Source: Pseudobacteriovorax sp.
GTDB taxonomy: Bacteria > Bdellovibrionota_B > Oligoflexia > Oligoflexales > Oligoflexaceae
DNA length: 13,062 nucleotides
Direction: 5' to 3'
NCBI GenBank assembly: GCA_050293845.1
Contig: JBNKNM010000159.1
Location: 1 to 13,062 of the forward strand
The translations under genes were made by a program, and so were the position numbers. The notes beneath the pieces were generated by a model that was not told the DNA's origin, ran no database searches, and saw only the letters and a list, made by a program, of their open reading frames with translations. Positions 1 through 9,206 of this stretch are shown piece after piece (the first letter of the stretch is position 1; each line of letters begins with the position of its first letter).

Positions 1-1011
1 GTCAGCAGCCATGAACCTACCTTATCTGAGATCTCCTTAGATGTGTCACGCACCACCTGCCAGCTGCTTGGTAAATCCCTAGTATTAAATTGGGAAGCTC
101 CTGAAGGGGAGCAACGCAAGATTTTGATCTCCGATGCGGATGCTGTAAAAAAGGCTATAGAAGTTGGCTTGTTAGCGAAGAGCATGGTAGACCGCTTTGG
201 TAAGAAAAAAATTCTGACCTTTCTGCTACTTGTAAATATCACACTTATCTTCGTAACCTATGCCATGATGTCTCCTATCTCGTACTGGTTGGCATCCCAA
301 ATTAGTTATAAGCAAGAAAAGAAGCTTTTTCAAAATTGGGCATTAACTGAAATGATCAGTGAAACTTGTACTAGACCGGGGCACAAACAGATTTTAGATC
401 GTCTGGCAAAAGCTATACTTGCCGATGATTATAATCAAGTGCGACCTGATATAGAAATTGTTGATTTGTCTCTTGTAAACGCATTTGCTCTACCTGGTGG
501 ACAGATTGTACTTACTCGCGGCTTGCTGGATAAAATAGAACGAGAAGAAGAATTGACAGGAATCCTCGCCCATGAACTAGTACATGTTGCCAACAGGCAT
601 GTCTTAGGAGAGTATATTCGCTCTGCTTTTTTAATAGCTGCCTGGTCAATTTTGATAGGTGACTATACCGGAGCGCTGGTTGTCGATCCAAAGACAGCAA
701 GGGACATGCTCAATCTGAGCTTTTCTCGTGATAAAGAAGAAGAGGCCGATCGTGGTGCCATTAAGCGCTTGAATCAACATGGATTTTCGTCCCAGGGCTT
801 GGGGCGGTTTTTTGCCAGGCTAAAAGAAGATGAGAACAAGGATGCTATGTTTGAGCTTCCCGCAATTTTCTCCAGTCATCCTTCGCAGCAGAGCCGTATC
901 GATTATCTTAAAATCCATGGAAAGCCTGGCGAGGTTAGCTCTTTGTCGCAGGATGAGCTGCTTTTTCTTAAGGCAGCCTGTGAGAAGGTTGATCTTAAAA
1001 ACTATCAATAA
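1..1011 (+). CDS. M48 family (Ste24/HtpX/BepA-like) zinc metallopeptidase, membrane-anchored; probably 5'-truncated by the window edge
   Basis: Motifs VNAFALPGG, HELVH (HEXXH, nt 571-585), SRDKEEEAD (third Zn ligand Glu) and SSHP. There is an N-terminal TM segment (ILTFLLLVNITLIFVTYAMM). The frame is open from position 1 to the GTG at 43, so the true start may lie upstream. Stop TAA at 1009-1011. Confidence 0.92.
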   Translation, partial: VSSHEPTLSEISLDVSRTTCQLLGKSLVLNWEAPEGEQRKILISDADAVKKAIEVGLLAKSMVDRFGKKKILTFLLLVNITLIFVTYAMMSPISYWLASQISYKQEKKLFQNWALTEMISETCTRPGHKQILDRLAKAILADDYNQVRPDIEIVDLSLVNAFALPGGQIVLTRGLLDKIEREEELTGILAHELVHVANRHVLGEYIRSAFLIAAWSILIGDYTGALVVDPKTARDMLNLSFSRDKEEEADRGAIKRLNQHGFSSQGLGRFFARLKEDENKDAMFELPAIFSSHPSQQSRIDYLKIHGKPGEVSSLSQDELLFLKAACEKVDLKNYQ

Positions 1012-2306
1012 AAGAGTAAGGGTTCTTGCTGTCTTAGTATTTGTAATTGTTCATCAAGCGATGCCTGCGAAACCATCTTGGGGATAAAAGTCGCTGTTTT
1101 GAGGGCCGTGCTTAGTTCCATGCTCCCATACAGTTTGTCACGGAGAAAGTGGATGAACTTAAGCGTTCGAAAGCCGTCAAACCAGTTATGAAACTGTGCT
1201 ATCTGCTGTTGCTTGTGATGTGCTCTTTTTTGGGCTGATGTAATAGCTTCAGTGATTTTTATACTGTTCAGGTAATGGCCAACGATTCCGTCTCTTTCAC
1301 CCGATATTTCGTGCAAAGGAATAGGACTGTTGTTCTCGATGCAGTTTTCTACTATTTTAAGAAATGATTTTAAAACAGTGAAGCATTGGGGGTGGTATAC
1401 TTCGAAGGATTTTCCTGCTACACTAAGCTCCACAATTTTCTGAGTCCCTTGTCCTGTTCCAAAGGGAACCCGAGACGAAAGGCGATCATTGAGAGTCACA
1501 GCTTGACCAACAAGGTAATGAACTTTTCCTACTTTAGCCAGTTTATTGAGTAGATAAAAATCCTCCCCAGCCATTCTTCGGGGAAATCCATGAACGCTGG
1601 TGTAGGCTACGGGATTAAGAGTTAAGATGCTGCCAATAGTAGGAAAGCCATAGGGTGAGCGACTGAATTGAAGACCAAATACATAGTACCTGAGCCACAG
1701 TTCATAGGCCATGGTAGCCTGCCAATGATCATCTAGGGCTTGATGCTTTTGATGCTGGTACTGATGGATGACAACCGCTATTTTTGCCGGTTCCTGGAGT
1801 TCTTGAAGCTGTAAAAAGTAGTTTCTCGGTAGGATGGCATCGCCATCACTATTATGCAGCCATGGAAATGTGATAAGGCCCTTCCAATAAAGGTAGGCGC
1901 CGATATCGTTTCCGATTTTTCTGGCTAAACCAACTCCTTGTTTTTCAGGAAAGCAGTTCTGACCAGTACGATCAACAAGGAGTATATCGCACGTTTCGTT
2001 GCTGTTGAAATACATGGAGTCCGTAAACTTATGGAAGCTGAACTCTGATTGAAGCCATTGCAGAGTTTTACTGTTACTAAGTTTGTAAGCAGGATCTGTG
2101 CGAGGACCTTCATTAATTGTCAGAGTCAGCAGCAATCGACCCGTTAGGGTTAGTGTAAAGATGCTTCGCAGATTGAGGGGCAGTAGCTGATCCTCGCCGC
2201 AGCAAGGAATGGCCATATAATGTGCCCAAGGAGAAGACGATGCTAAGTACTGATATGCTACCGCTGCTTCCGGTTCACAGGAACTTGAGAAGTATTTTAC
2301 GTTCAT
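1005..2306 (-). CDS. GT-A fold (family 2-like) glycosyltransferase of unknown substrate
   Basis: 433 aa with N-terminal IPC, GVGLARKIG, a DxD-type motif (SDGDA), GEDFYLLNKL (GED catalytic-base motif) and SSRVPFGTG. SD-like GGAGA upstream of ATG 2306. Confidence 0.75.
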   Translation of the reverse strand: MNVKYFSSSCEPEAAVAYQYLASSSPWAHYMAIPCCGEDQLLPLNLRSIFTLTLTGRLLLTLTINEGPRTDPAYKLSNSKTLQWLQSEFSFHKFTDSMYFNSNETCDILLVDRTGQNCFPEKQGVGLARKIGNDIGAYLYWKGLITFPWLHNSDGDAILPRNYFLQLQELQEPAKIAVVIHQYQHQKHQALDDHWQATMAYELWLRYYVFGLQFSRSPYGFPTIGSILTLNPVAYTSVHGFPRRMAGEDFYLLNKLAKVGKVHYLVGQAVTLNDRLSSRVPFGTGQGTQKIVELSVAGKSFEVYHPQCFTVLKSFLKIVENCIENNSPIPLHEISGERDGIVGHYLNSIKITEAITSAQKRAHHKQQQIAQFHNWFDGFRTLKFIHFLRDKLYGSMELSTALKTATFIPKMVSQASLDEQLQILRQQEPLLFY

Positions 2307-2340
2307 CCAAATATCTCCAAGGAAACTCTCCTTTAGCTCC

Positions 2341-4242
2341 TTAGGGAAGGGTGAGGGACTTGTTCATGCCTAAGACTTGGAGGGCTAGATCAATCCGACC
2401 AAATGGAGCTGACACCTGGTATCCTTGTACTTGATTACCTAGTTCTGCGACCATTTTTTGAGCAATTTCAACGCCAACTTTTTTTGCATCCTCAGGACTT
2501 CTGGGTTGTTCCATCTGCTTCATGATGGCATCAGGAATGACAACTCCAGGAACCTCATTATTCATAAATTGAGCATTGCGGAAGCTGAGGAGAGGCCAAA
2601 TACCTGCAATAATAGGAATTTTAATATCATGTTGGTCGATATAATCAAGAAATTTATAGAGGGCCTGTAAATCAAATACTGGCTGAGTGATGGCCCATTC
2701 TGCCCCGGCTTCGACTTTATAGCGAAATCGTTTCATTTCATAATCGAAGTCGCTGTGAACGGGATTCACACCCACTCCAATGGAGATGGCCGTCGGTTCC
2801 CCAATAGGACGATGTCCCAAGTCAATGCCACCATTCAACTGATTCACCATATTAGTCAGTCCAATAGCGTCAATATCAAAAACTCCCGTGGCATCGGGGT
2901 AATCGCCAAGTTTTGGAGGATCACCTGTTACCAGGAGCATATTGCGTAAGCCGATAGCATGGGCGCCCATCATGTCTGACTGCATACCTAGCAGGTTGCG
3001 GTCGCGGCATGTGTAATGGAGTACTGTCTCGATACCCACCCTTTGTTCAATCATGACAGCTGTTAGGATAGCACTCATCCGCGCGCTAGCCCGGGGACCG
3101 TCAGGGATATTGATGGCATCAACACCGGCTTTTTTAAGGGCGGCAGAGCGTTCTAGAATTTTGCTGGGAACCACCGAAGAAGGGGGGAGCAGTTCGACGC
3201 TAGTAACGGGGGTTCCTGCGGCAATTTTCTGTGACCAATTCGATTTATCTTTAAAAGGAATGCGTTCACAGATTTGGGCTGCATGACGATTCGGATCAGA
3301 GTATTCGACGCTAGAAAACTCGTGGGCAGCTCCTGAGCTTTCAGAGCTACGCATGGCATTTTGGTGACGAAAGGCCTGTGACATTGCTTTGATGTGCTGG
3401 GGGGTGGTACCGCAGCAGCCACCGACAAATTGAACTCCAGCCTCAAGGAAGAGTTTTGTGAACTCAGCCATGTATTCGGGGGTGCACATATAAATCCTGC
3501 GGCCATCGACTTCCTTAGGCAATCCGGCGTTAGGTTCGACAATCATAGGAATGCTAACTTTTTCACGTATTTTCTTGATGATGGACAGCAAAGGTTGGGG
3601 GCCGACAGAGCAATTAAATCCAATACAATTGACACCCCAGTCCAGAATCTTTGTAATCGCCCACTCATAAGGGGTACCCACAGGAAGTTGACCCTGCATA
3701 TTAACTGTGACCATAGCAATGATTGGCAGCTCGGGAGACTGCTCGTGGGCTGCTTTTATCGCCTGGTCCAGTTCCGAAATATCATAAAACGTTTCTAAAC
3801 AGAGGACATCAACCCCGCCATCTGTGAGACCACGGATTTGGGCTTTAAAGGCGTTCTTAGCCTCGTCAAATGAAGTGGGTCCCCAGGGCTCAATACGTAC
3901 ACCCAAGGGTCCTACAGATCCCGCTACATATCCATTATTACCTATTACGCGACGGGCTATCTCTGCTGCTGTTTTATTGATATCATAGGTCTTATCCTGA
4001 AGATTATGCTGGCGAAGCTTGAATTCATTGGCGCCAAAGCTATTGGTTGTTATGACCTGGGCACCAGCGCGCAGATAGTCTTCGTGCAGCTCTTGAATAA
4101 GGTTAGGATTACTAAGATTAGCATCTTCAAAGCAGCGGTTAATGAATAACCCCCTATTGTATAGCTCTGTTCCTGTGGCGCCATCAAAAAGTAGGGGGAT
4201 CTTTTTTTCTAAAATGTCTTTGAATGGTATTTTTCCGTTCAT
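2341..4242 (-). CDS. yitJ: Bifunctional homocysteine S-methyltransferase / 5,10-methylenetetrahydrofolate reductase (YitJ/SamT-type)
   Basis: N-terminal Hcy-binding domain: DGATGTEL, GSVGP, ETF, NCSVGP and GGCCGT (three Zn-ligand Cys). C-terminal MTHFR domain: SVELLPP, NIPDGP, HYTCRDRN, VTGDPP, TQPVFD. The 633-aa length is typical of the fusion. Confidence 0.93.
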   Translation of the reverse strand: MNGKIPFKDILEKKIPLLFDGATGTELYNRGLFINRCFEDANLSNPNLIQELHEDYLRAGAQVITTNSFGANEFKLRQHNLQDKTYDINKTAAEIARRVIGNNGYVAGSVGPLGVRIEPWGPTSFDEAKNAFKAQIRGLTDGGVDVLCLETFYDISELDQAIKAAHEQSPELPIIAMVTVNMQGQLPVGTPYEWAITKILDWGVNCIGFNCSVGPQPLLSIIKKIREKVSIPMIVEPNAGLPKEVDGRRIYMCTPEYMAEFTKLFLEAGVQFVGGCCGTTPQHIKAMSQAFRHQNAMRSSESSGAAHEFSSVEYSDPNRHAAQICERIPFKDKSNWSQKIAAGTPVTSVELLPPSSVVPSKILERSAALKKAGVDAINIPDGPRASARMSAILTAVMIEQRVGIETVLHYTCRDRNLLGMQSDMMGAHAIGLRNMLLVTGDPPKLGDYPDATGVFDIDAIGLTNMVNQLNGGIDLGHRPIGEPTAISIGVGVNPVHSDFDYEMKRFRYKVEAGAEWAITQPVFDLQALYKFLDYIDQHDIKIPIIAGIWPLLSFRNAQFMNNEVPGVVIPDAIMKQMEQPRSPEDAKKVGVEIAQKMVAELGNQVQGYQVSAPFGRIDLALQVLGMNKSLTLP

Positions 4243-4323
4243 CCACGTTTCCTGCTAATGAAAGTATGTCTGCTAAAGCTAGATGATAGGATAGGAAGGA
4301 CAGCTTATAAAGGGAAATTTACC

Positions 4324-4923
4324 TTACAAGGCTTTAATCGCTACGTTTCCAGCGGATACCTGCTCCTGATTATAAATCATTTGCAGTTTTTCATAAAGCA
4401 CAGGGTGAGCGGGATCGCTCTGTAGCTTATCAAACACTAAGGAAAGTGCTTCTTTGTAAAGGGAACGCTTCAGCAAGCCCCAGATGCGAAAGTAGAGCCA
4501 CTCCCCCTCATAATGACCTGAGCTTACGGCTGGCAGCTGCTGTAGCTCTAGGAGAAGTCCTGTAATTTCATTACCTTTCAAGCTTTTTATGACCTTGTTG
4601 TAGAATTGACAATGGCTTGTCACTATATTTTCGCACCTAAAACTCGGTAGGGGACGGATGTGGGGCAACCACTCCTGAAGCAAATTACCGTCTTTTTGTC
4701 GTTTTAGCCAAGAGCTATAGAGTTTTACCCCATGGAGGCTTTTGCTAGAGGCTTGCCATGAGGTCATTAATGCTGACAGCCTGGATATATCTTGACTAGT
4801 CTTATGATGGGGGGAACTTTTGGCAATGAGAGTTCCCAGTAGCAACTGTTTTCCCAGAGTATTGGCTAGGATCATAGGCCCGGAGTTCAGCAATAAAATA
4901 AGCAGGATAAACCGACTCATCAT
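4324..4923 (-). CDS. Hypothetical secreted protein with a C-terminal TPR-like helix pair
   Basis: 199 aa with a hydrophobic N-terminal signal (MMSRFILLILLLNSGPMILA) and a Cys pair (CENIVTSHC). The C-terminal WLYFRIWGLLKRSLYKEALSLVFDKLQSDPAHPVLYEKLQMIY resembles a TPR. SD GAGG lies upstream, and the gene is co-oriented with its neighbours. Confidence 0.7.
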   Translation of the reverse strand: MMSRFILLILLLNSGPMILANTLGKQLLLGTLIAKSSPHHKTSQDISRLSALMTSWQASSKSLHGVKLYSSWLKRQKDGNLLQEWLPHIRPLPSFRCENIVTSHCQFYNKVIKSLKGNEITGLLLELQQLPAVSSGHYEGEWLYFRIWGLLKRSLYKEALSLVFDKLQSDPAHPVLYEKLQMIYNQEQVSAGNVAIKAL

Positions 4924-5016
4924 GTCCTCTTGTGAATATTTTCTTCTATGGTAGCATTTTTCTGGGCCCCTGCCGAGCCTTGTGAGGCGACGTCATAAGA
5001 TGCTGCCCACCCGAGC

Positions 5017-6102
5017 TTATGGGCTTTCTAAGTCATACTCTTCCGTGGAGTCGCTTGCCGGAGTGATTGCGGATTCTTCTGGAGTGGAGTCCTGCTTGTC
5101 TTGCTCAGTAGACTCGATGTTGTCGGGCGCGGATGCAGAGTCTGTCGTTGTGGCAAATACCTCATTGCTAACCTGTTCTTGAAAGTGGGGGCCCCCCCTG
5201 TATTTTTGTGCGTATATTTGTGCTTCGATCCGGCGCTTTAAGAAGTTTGCTTGACGCAATATATCAAGGTTGTCAGATGGTTGTTCCATACGTTCTTCCA
5301 GCAATTCCGCAAGGATGGCTACAGCTTCTTTTGGTTTGTGGAATCCAAAGTTTTCGACCAGTGCTAAATAGTACTTAGCCTGGGCATTTTTAGGGTCGCG
5401 ATCAAGGATTTTTTTGAAAGTTTGCTTTGCGAATTTGAAGTCTTTGAGACGGCTTGCTGCCAAACCAGAGCCATAGAGAGAGGCGGTGCAATTTCCGCAG
5501 CGTTTACGTACCTGTTCAAAAACTTCTCGGGCTGATTGGGAATTACCCGTTTGCAGGTGGAGATGACCTAAATTGAGACCGCTGGCAATTTGCTTTTCAT
5601 CACTTTCAAAGGCAGATTCAAATTTTTGTGCCGCTTCCTGAATGTCCTGATAAGTGGCTCCGGGACGGTTCAAAATGGCTAAGCCCATGATGTTTTTTGA
5701 TTCAGCTTGGCCAGGGTAGAGTTTATCTATGAGCTTAGCATAGTAACTAGCTAAGTTAAAATTTTGCTTCATGGCCAGCGCAGTGGATAGTACTGATAGC
5801 GCTACGTAATCTCCTGGATGGGTCTCCAAATGGATTCTAGCATCGGCAATGGCTACATCCCACTCCCGTAAGCCTAAAGCAGAATATAAGCGCAATTGTT
5901 CCTTACTTGTCGACTTTCTGGTCTGTAACCAATAGTCACGATCTAACTCTGTAAGCACATCTATGCCGTTGGTTTGGTGCACATGAACATCACTGCTAAA
6001 CTCCGAGGGTTCGTTTTGGACAGTAAATTCCTGAGTTGTTGCGCAGCTGATCATGCTGCAGGATAAAGAGATAAGGGTCATATATTGCAAAACTGTTACC
6101 AT
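5017..6102 (-). CDS. TPR-repeat lipoprotein, GltE/AglT-like, with an acidic low-complexity C-terminal tail
   Basis: Lipobox-like MISC (Cys20) after a hydrophobic stretch. Multiple TPR units, e.g. SLYGSGLAASRLKDFKFAKQTFKKILDRDPKNAQAKYYLAL. The start overlaps the upstream stop (ATGGTAA, 6096-6102). The GltE-like call rests mainly on position and architecture. Confidence 0.8.
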   Translation of the reverse strand: MVTVLQYMTLISLSCSMISCATTQEFTVQNEPSEFSSDVHVHQTNGIDVLTELDRDYWLQTRKSTSKEQLRLYSALGLREWDVAIADARIHLETHPGDYVALSVLSTALAMKQNFNLASYYAKLIDKLYPGQAESKNIMGLAILNRPGATYQDIQEAAQKFESAFESDEKQIASGLNLGHLHLQTGNSQSAREVFEQVRKRCGNCTASLYGSGLAASRLKDFKFAKQTFKKILDRDPKNAQAKYYLALVENFGFHKPKEAVAILAELLEERMEQPSDNLDILRQANFLKRRIEAQIYAQKYRGGPHFQEQVSNEVFATTTDSASAPDNIESTEQDKQDSTPEESAITPASDSTEEYDLESP

Positions 6103-9100
6103 TCCGTATCTCCTAAATCAAAACTAAAACGCGACTTAACGATCGGTTCTTGAAGAGCTCGCCATTGTACGAAGCTGCTTCCTGCATTGCTGTTAGCTTG
6201 TTGATAGCTCCAGTCATTGTCGGTGTTCCAGAGAATCTGGCGCGACCATTCTGGGGTGTTTTGTCCATCTTCAGTAAGACCTAAAGCTGTTTCGAAGGCT
6301 CTATTAGCAACATCATCAATATAACTTACAAGATCATATTTCTTGTTCTCAAAACTATCAACGGTACCCTGATCTAGTGTTTGTGGTACTGAGACATCGT
6401 CTATAGCATCTAAGGTATATTTGGTAGCCTCAGCAAGTTGGATCATAGCTGGTGCACAGTAGCTGGAGGTTCCCACTTCACATACACGATCAAAGGTTTT
6501 TTTCATTTGCTTGAACAAAGCCAACTGTCTGTCGAGTATGGAGTTAGGGTCCGGTAATTCAAGATTATAAAACTTATTTTTGGTGTCTTTGACCGTATGG
6601 TTAGCGAGGATAAATCTTACCTGGGCTAAACCCTCAATAGCATCACGGCTTTTAGAAGGTAGTTTGGCGAATTCATGTTCTAGCCGTTTAAGTTTTTGGA
6701 AGTCTTTATTCCTGGCTGCCACTCTTGTTTCAAATGCAAGTACTTTTGCAAGGGCGCTCGCATTGTCAAAGGCTAGTTTCTTGACCTGACGTACTCCCCA
6801 TTTTGCATGCTTTATTTCGCCATATCGTTCTTCCGTATCGATAACGGCAAGAGCGCTATTTACTCTGTCGAAGATAGGAAGACGGTAGTCCTCAACATCC
6901 CGTTGCATAATCCTAGTTGCATCACCATAGAGTTCACGGCCTAAGTATAAATCTTTAAGAGTTGCCCTTGTAGCGATGGCCTCAGGATGATTATTGTAGC
7001 GATTTACAAAACGCTGATAAAAGAAGATTGTCTGATCCTCATATGCCATCGGAATACTCCACTTGCCACCTAACAAAAGGACCTGTTTTTCGAAATTAGA
7101 ACCTGAATATTCGGTAGCTAGATTAAGGTAAGTTTTGATGGATTGAGGATGTTGACCACCGTTATGCTGGGCTAAACCTAGAAGAAATAAGCCTTCTGGG
7201 CGACGCTTGTCGGCTTTGAACTGCAGGGTGAATTCTTCTAATTTTGTTGCAGATTTCACCCAAAGTTTTTTGTTATAATAATCTTTTCCACCGAAAAATA
7301 AAGCGTCTGATAGTAGTGAATATGAACTGTATTTTTTACCGCGATGAATAGGTTGCAGATCAGTTGTCAGTAAAAATCGTGCGGTTTTTTCCAGATCATC
7401 CCACTGCTTAGCATTGAGGTAGGTTAAAGCGAGAAGTCCGGCTGCATGCGAGGCATGGAAGCCTTTCGGCTGTTTTTCTAATTGATCGTGGAATAAGGTT
7501 AAAGCTTCATTTCCTCGTCTTAAATTAACAAGGAGTAATCCCACATGGGCTAGGTCGGACCAGGTATGGGTCCGGTCAAACTTCTCTTTCATCAGGGTTA
7601 CCAGTGTCTTTCTTGGCTGGGATTTATTCTTGGTCATTCCTTGCCAAGGTGCTTTTTGTGGCCATTGTGCAATAATGGACTGGTTTTTGATAGCCTTTAA
7701 AAGATAGTTAAATGATTCTGAACCTTGGCTTCTTTGTTTTAGAGAGATATAAATTTGTGCTGCTTTGCCGAACTGTTGGTTCAGTTCGTAGATTTTTCCA
7801 ATTTCACTCTCTAAGAATATCTTTTCCTTGTCGAGAGAACTACCAGGGAGGAAGCGATACACCGAGGTTATCGCGACGGTACGTAGGCTTTTGGTAGACC
7901 TGCGATTCTTAGCTTGTGCAATAATTTTTTTGATCGTCCTTAAGTGTCTCGCACGGATCGTCGCAAGCATTTTGTCATGACTCTGATATTTTTTTTCGTA
8001 ACTTTGGTAAATAGACTGCATTTTGTTGATATCGTCAAAAACTCTGTATCTTTTTTCATAAAGCTGGATAATGCGTAAATCAATATCTTTGTTAAATGCT
8101 AAATTACTAGAATCTTTGGCAATGGCTTCGTATTTTCGGATGCCAGATAGTTGCGTGTTTTTACGGCTTAATTGTTCCAGAGCCGCCCGTTCCACAATAG
8201 CCAGTGATTGTGTTTGTTTTCTAAAGTAGGTAAGCCGAAAAGGAACCTGGGTCCAGGTGCCACGACGCCCTGAAGCTCCCCGCCAAATAACAATAAGATG
8301 ATTTAAAATTAGAGACTTCTCGTAACTGTTAAGATTACGAACCTTATCACCAACCACTTGAGTGAATGCTTTGTAACCTTGATCCGTCTTTTTAAATCTG
8401 ATGCCTTTATAGTTTAAGCCAGCAAGGTGCCGCGCTATGACGATCCGTGCTCCAACAGCTGGGAGCAGTGGCATGGTGGGGAGAGTTTTTTTAAGTATTT
8501 CCACACCTTGGCTTGAATTTTTGTATTCCGTTAGATAGATGCCCTCAAGGAAGTTAACCCGTCGCTTCAAGTAGGCGTTGAGGTTTGATTTAATCGTTTT
8601 TAATTCTTTTACAGATTGTCCTTTGATAGCTGTCATTAAATATCGATTCGCGAGATAGTGATAGATCGCTCTAGCTTTTTTCTTTTTATTGTAAGCAAGG
8701 CGTATATATTGACTAGCATAGGTTTGGGCAGCTTTTCGAACTTCGTTTATCTTGCTATCAATATTCTTTGGTGTATTAGCAAGATGGGTTCTTCGCATTT
8801 TAATATCCAGAAAGAAATAAGAGATACTCTGATAGCTAAGATATATCTGTTCAAGCAAATCAGCTTTGCGAGACCCTTTTGCCTTGGCTAATTCTGCAAT
8901 ATTGCTACGAAGTTCTTCAGTTGCCTGCTGAAAACCTATCTCATCTTTGATGGCGGAGGCTTTCCATAACACAGGGTCTCTGAGGCCCTCGTTTAAGAAA
9001 ACTTCTCTACTAAATTTATTGTCTAAGGGGATGATCGGGACATGGGCCCATAGTATTTTTGCCGACAACATACTAAACAACAGTAGCGCTTTTATCATAA

Positions 9101-9110
9101 ATATGCGCAT
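6096..9110 (-). CDS. Large secreted/periplasmic TPR protein, GltD/AgmU-like
   Basis: 1004 aa with a Sec signal (MRIFMIKALLLFSMLSAKILWA) and TPR units of the 'FxxxYP' type (EEFTLQFKADKRRPEGLFLLG; YQRFVNRYNNHPEA). The C-terminal block (KKTFDRVCEVGTSSYCAPAMIQLAE...VSVPQTLD...ANRAFETALGL...EWSRQI) resembles, as I recall it, the C-terminus of myxobacterial/Bdellovibrio GltD/AgmU. SD GGAG upstream. The TPR call is firm, while GltD homology is moderate. Confidence 0.78.
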   Translation of the reverse strand: MRIFMIKALLLFSMLSAKILWAHVPIIPLDNKFSREVFLNEGLRDPVLWKASAIKDEIGFQQATEELRSNIAELAKAKGSRKADLLEQIYLSYQSISYFFLDIKMRRTHLANTPKNIDSKINEVRKAAQTYASQYIRLAYNKKKKARAIYHYLANRYLMTAIKGQSVKELKTIKSNLNAYLKRRVNFLEGIYLTEYKNSSQGVEILKKTLPTMPLLPAVGARIVIARHLAGLNYKGIRFKKTDQGYKAFTQVVGDKVRNLNSYEKSLILNHLIVIWRGASGRRGTWTQVPFRLTYFRKQTQSLAIVERAALEQLSRKNTQLSGIRKYEAIAKDSSNLAFNKDIDLRIIQLYEKRYRVFDDINKMQSIYQSYEKKYQSHDKMLATIRARHLRTIKKIIAQAKNRRSTKSLRTVAITSVYRFLPGSSLDKEKIFLESEIGKIYELNQQFGKAAQIYISLKQRSQGSESFNYLLKAIKNQSIIAQWPQKAPWQGMTKNKSQPRKTLVTLMKEKFDRTHTWSDLAHVGLLLVNLRRGNEALTLFHDQLEKQPKGFHASHAAGLLALTYLNAKQWDDLEKTARFLLTTDLQPIHRGKKYSSYSLLSDALFFGGKDYYNKKLWVKSATKLEEFTLQFKADKRRPEGLFLLGLAQHNGGQHPQSIKTYLNLATEYSGSNFEKQVLLLGGKWSIPMAYEDQTIFFYQRFVNRYNNHPEAIATRATLKDLYLGRELYGDATRIMQRDVEDYRLPIFDRVNSALAVIDTEERYGEIKHAKWGVRQVKKLAFDNASALAKVLAFETRVAARNKDFQKLKRLEHEFAKLPSKSRDAIEGLAQVRFILANHTVKDTKNKFYNLELPDPNSILDRQLALFKQMKKTFDRVCEVGTSSYCAPAMIQLAEATKYTLDAIDDVSVPQTLDQGTVDSFENKKYDLVSYIDDVANRAFETALGLTEDGQNTPEWSRQILWNTDNDWSYQQANSNAGSSFVQWRALQEPIVKSRFSFDLGDTEW

Positions 9111-9188
9111 ATTTTAACCACTCCAAGTTCAGCTAATGCAACTTACAGATACCTATGCCAGCGGTGAAACCGACTTTTACTGCAAGGC

Positions 9189-9206
9189 ATGCAAACCTAA
9201 GGCCAA
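9189..9206 (-). promoter_or_regulatory. Candidate sigma54 (-24/-12) promoter for the TPR operon
   Basis: Minus strand TTGGCCTTAGGTTTGCAT = TGGC-N7-TTGCA with exact GG-N10-GC spacing, about 80 bp upstream of ATG 9110. Confidence 0.5.

Noticed and set aside
4243..4323. SAM riboswitch upstream of yitJ
   Set aside because: Only 81 bp, with no SAM-I core motifs or terminator hairpin visible.
5040..5120. Recurring GGAGT words as a DNA repeat or CRISPR-like array
   Set aside because: Irregular spacing and only 5-6 bp long. They are explained by Asp-Ser/Thr-Pro codons of the low-complexity lipoprotein tail.
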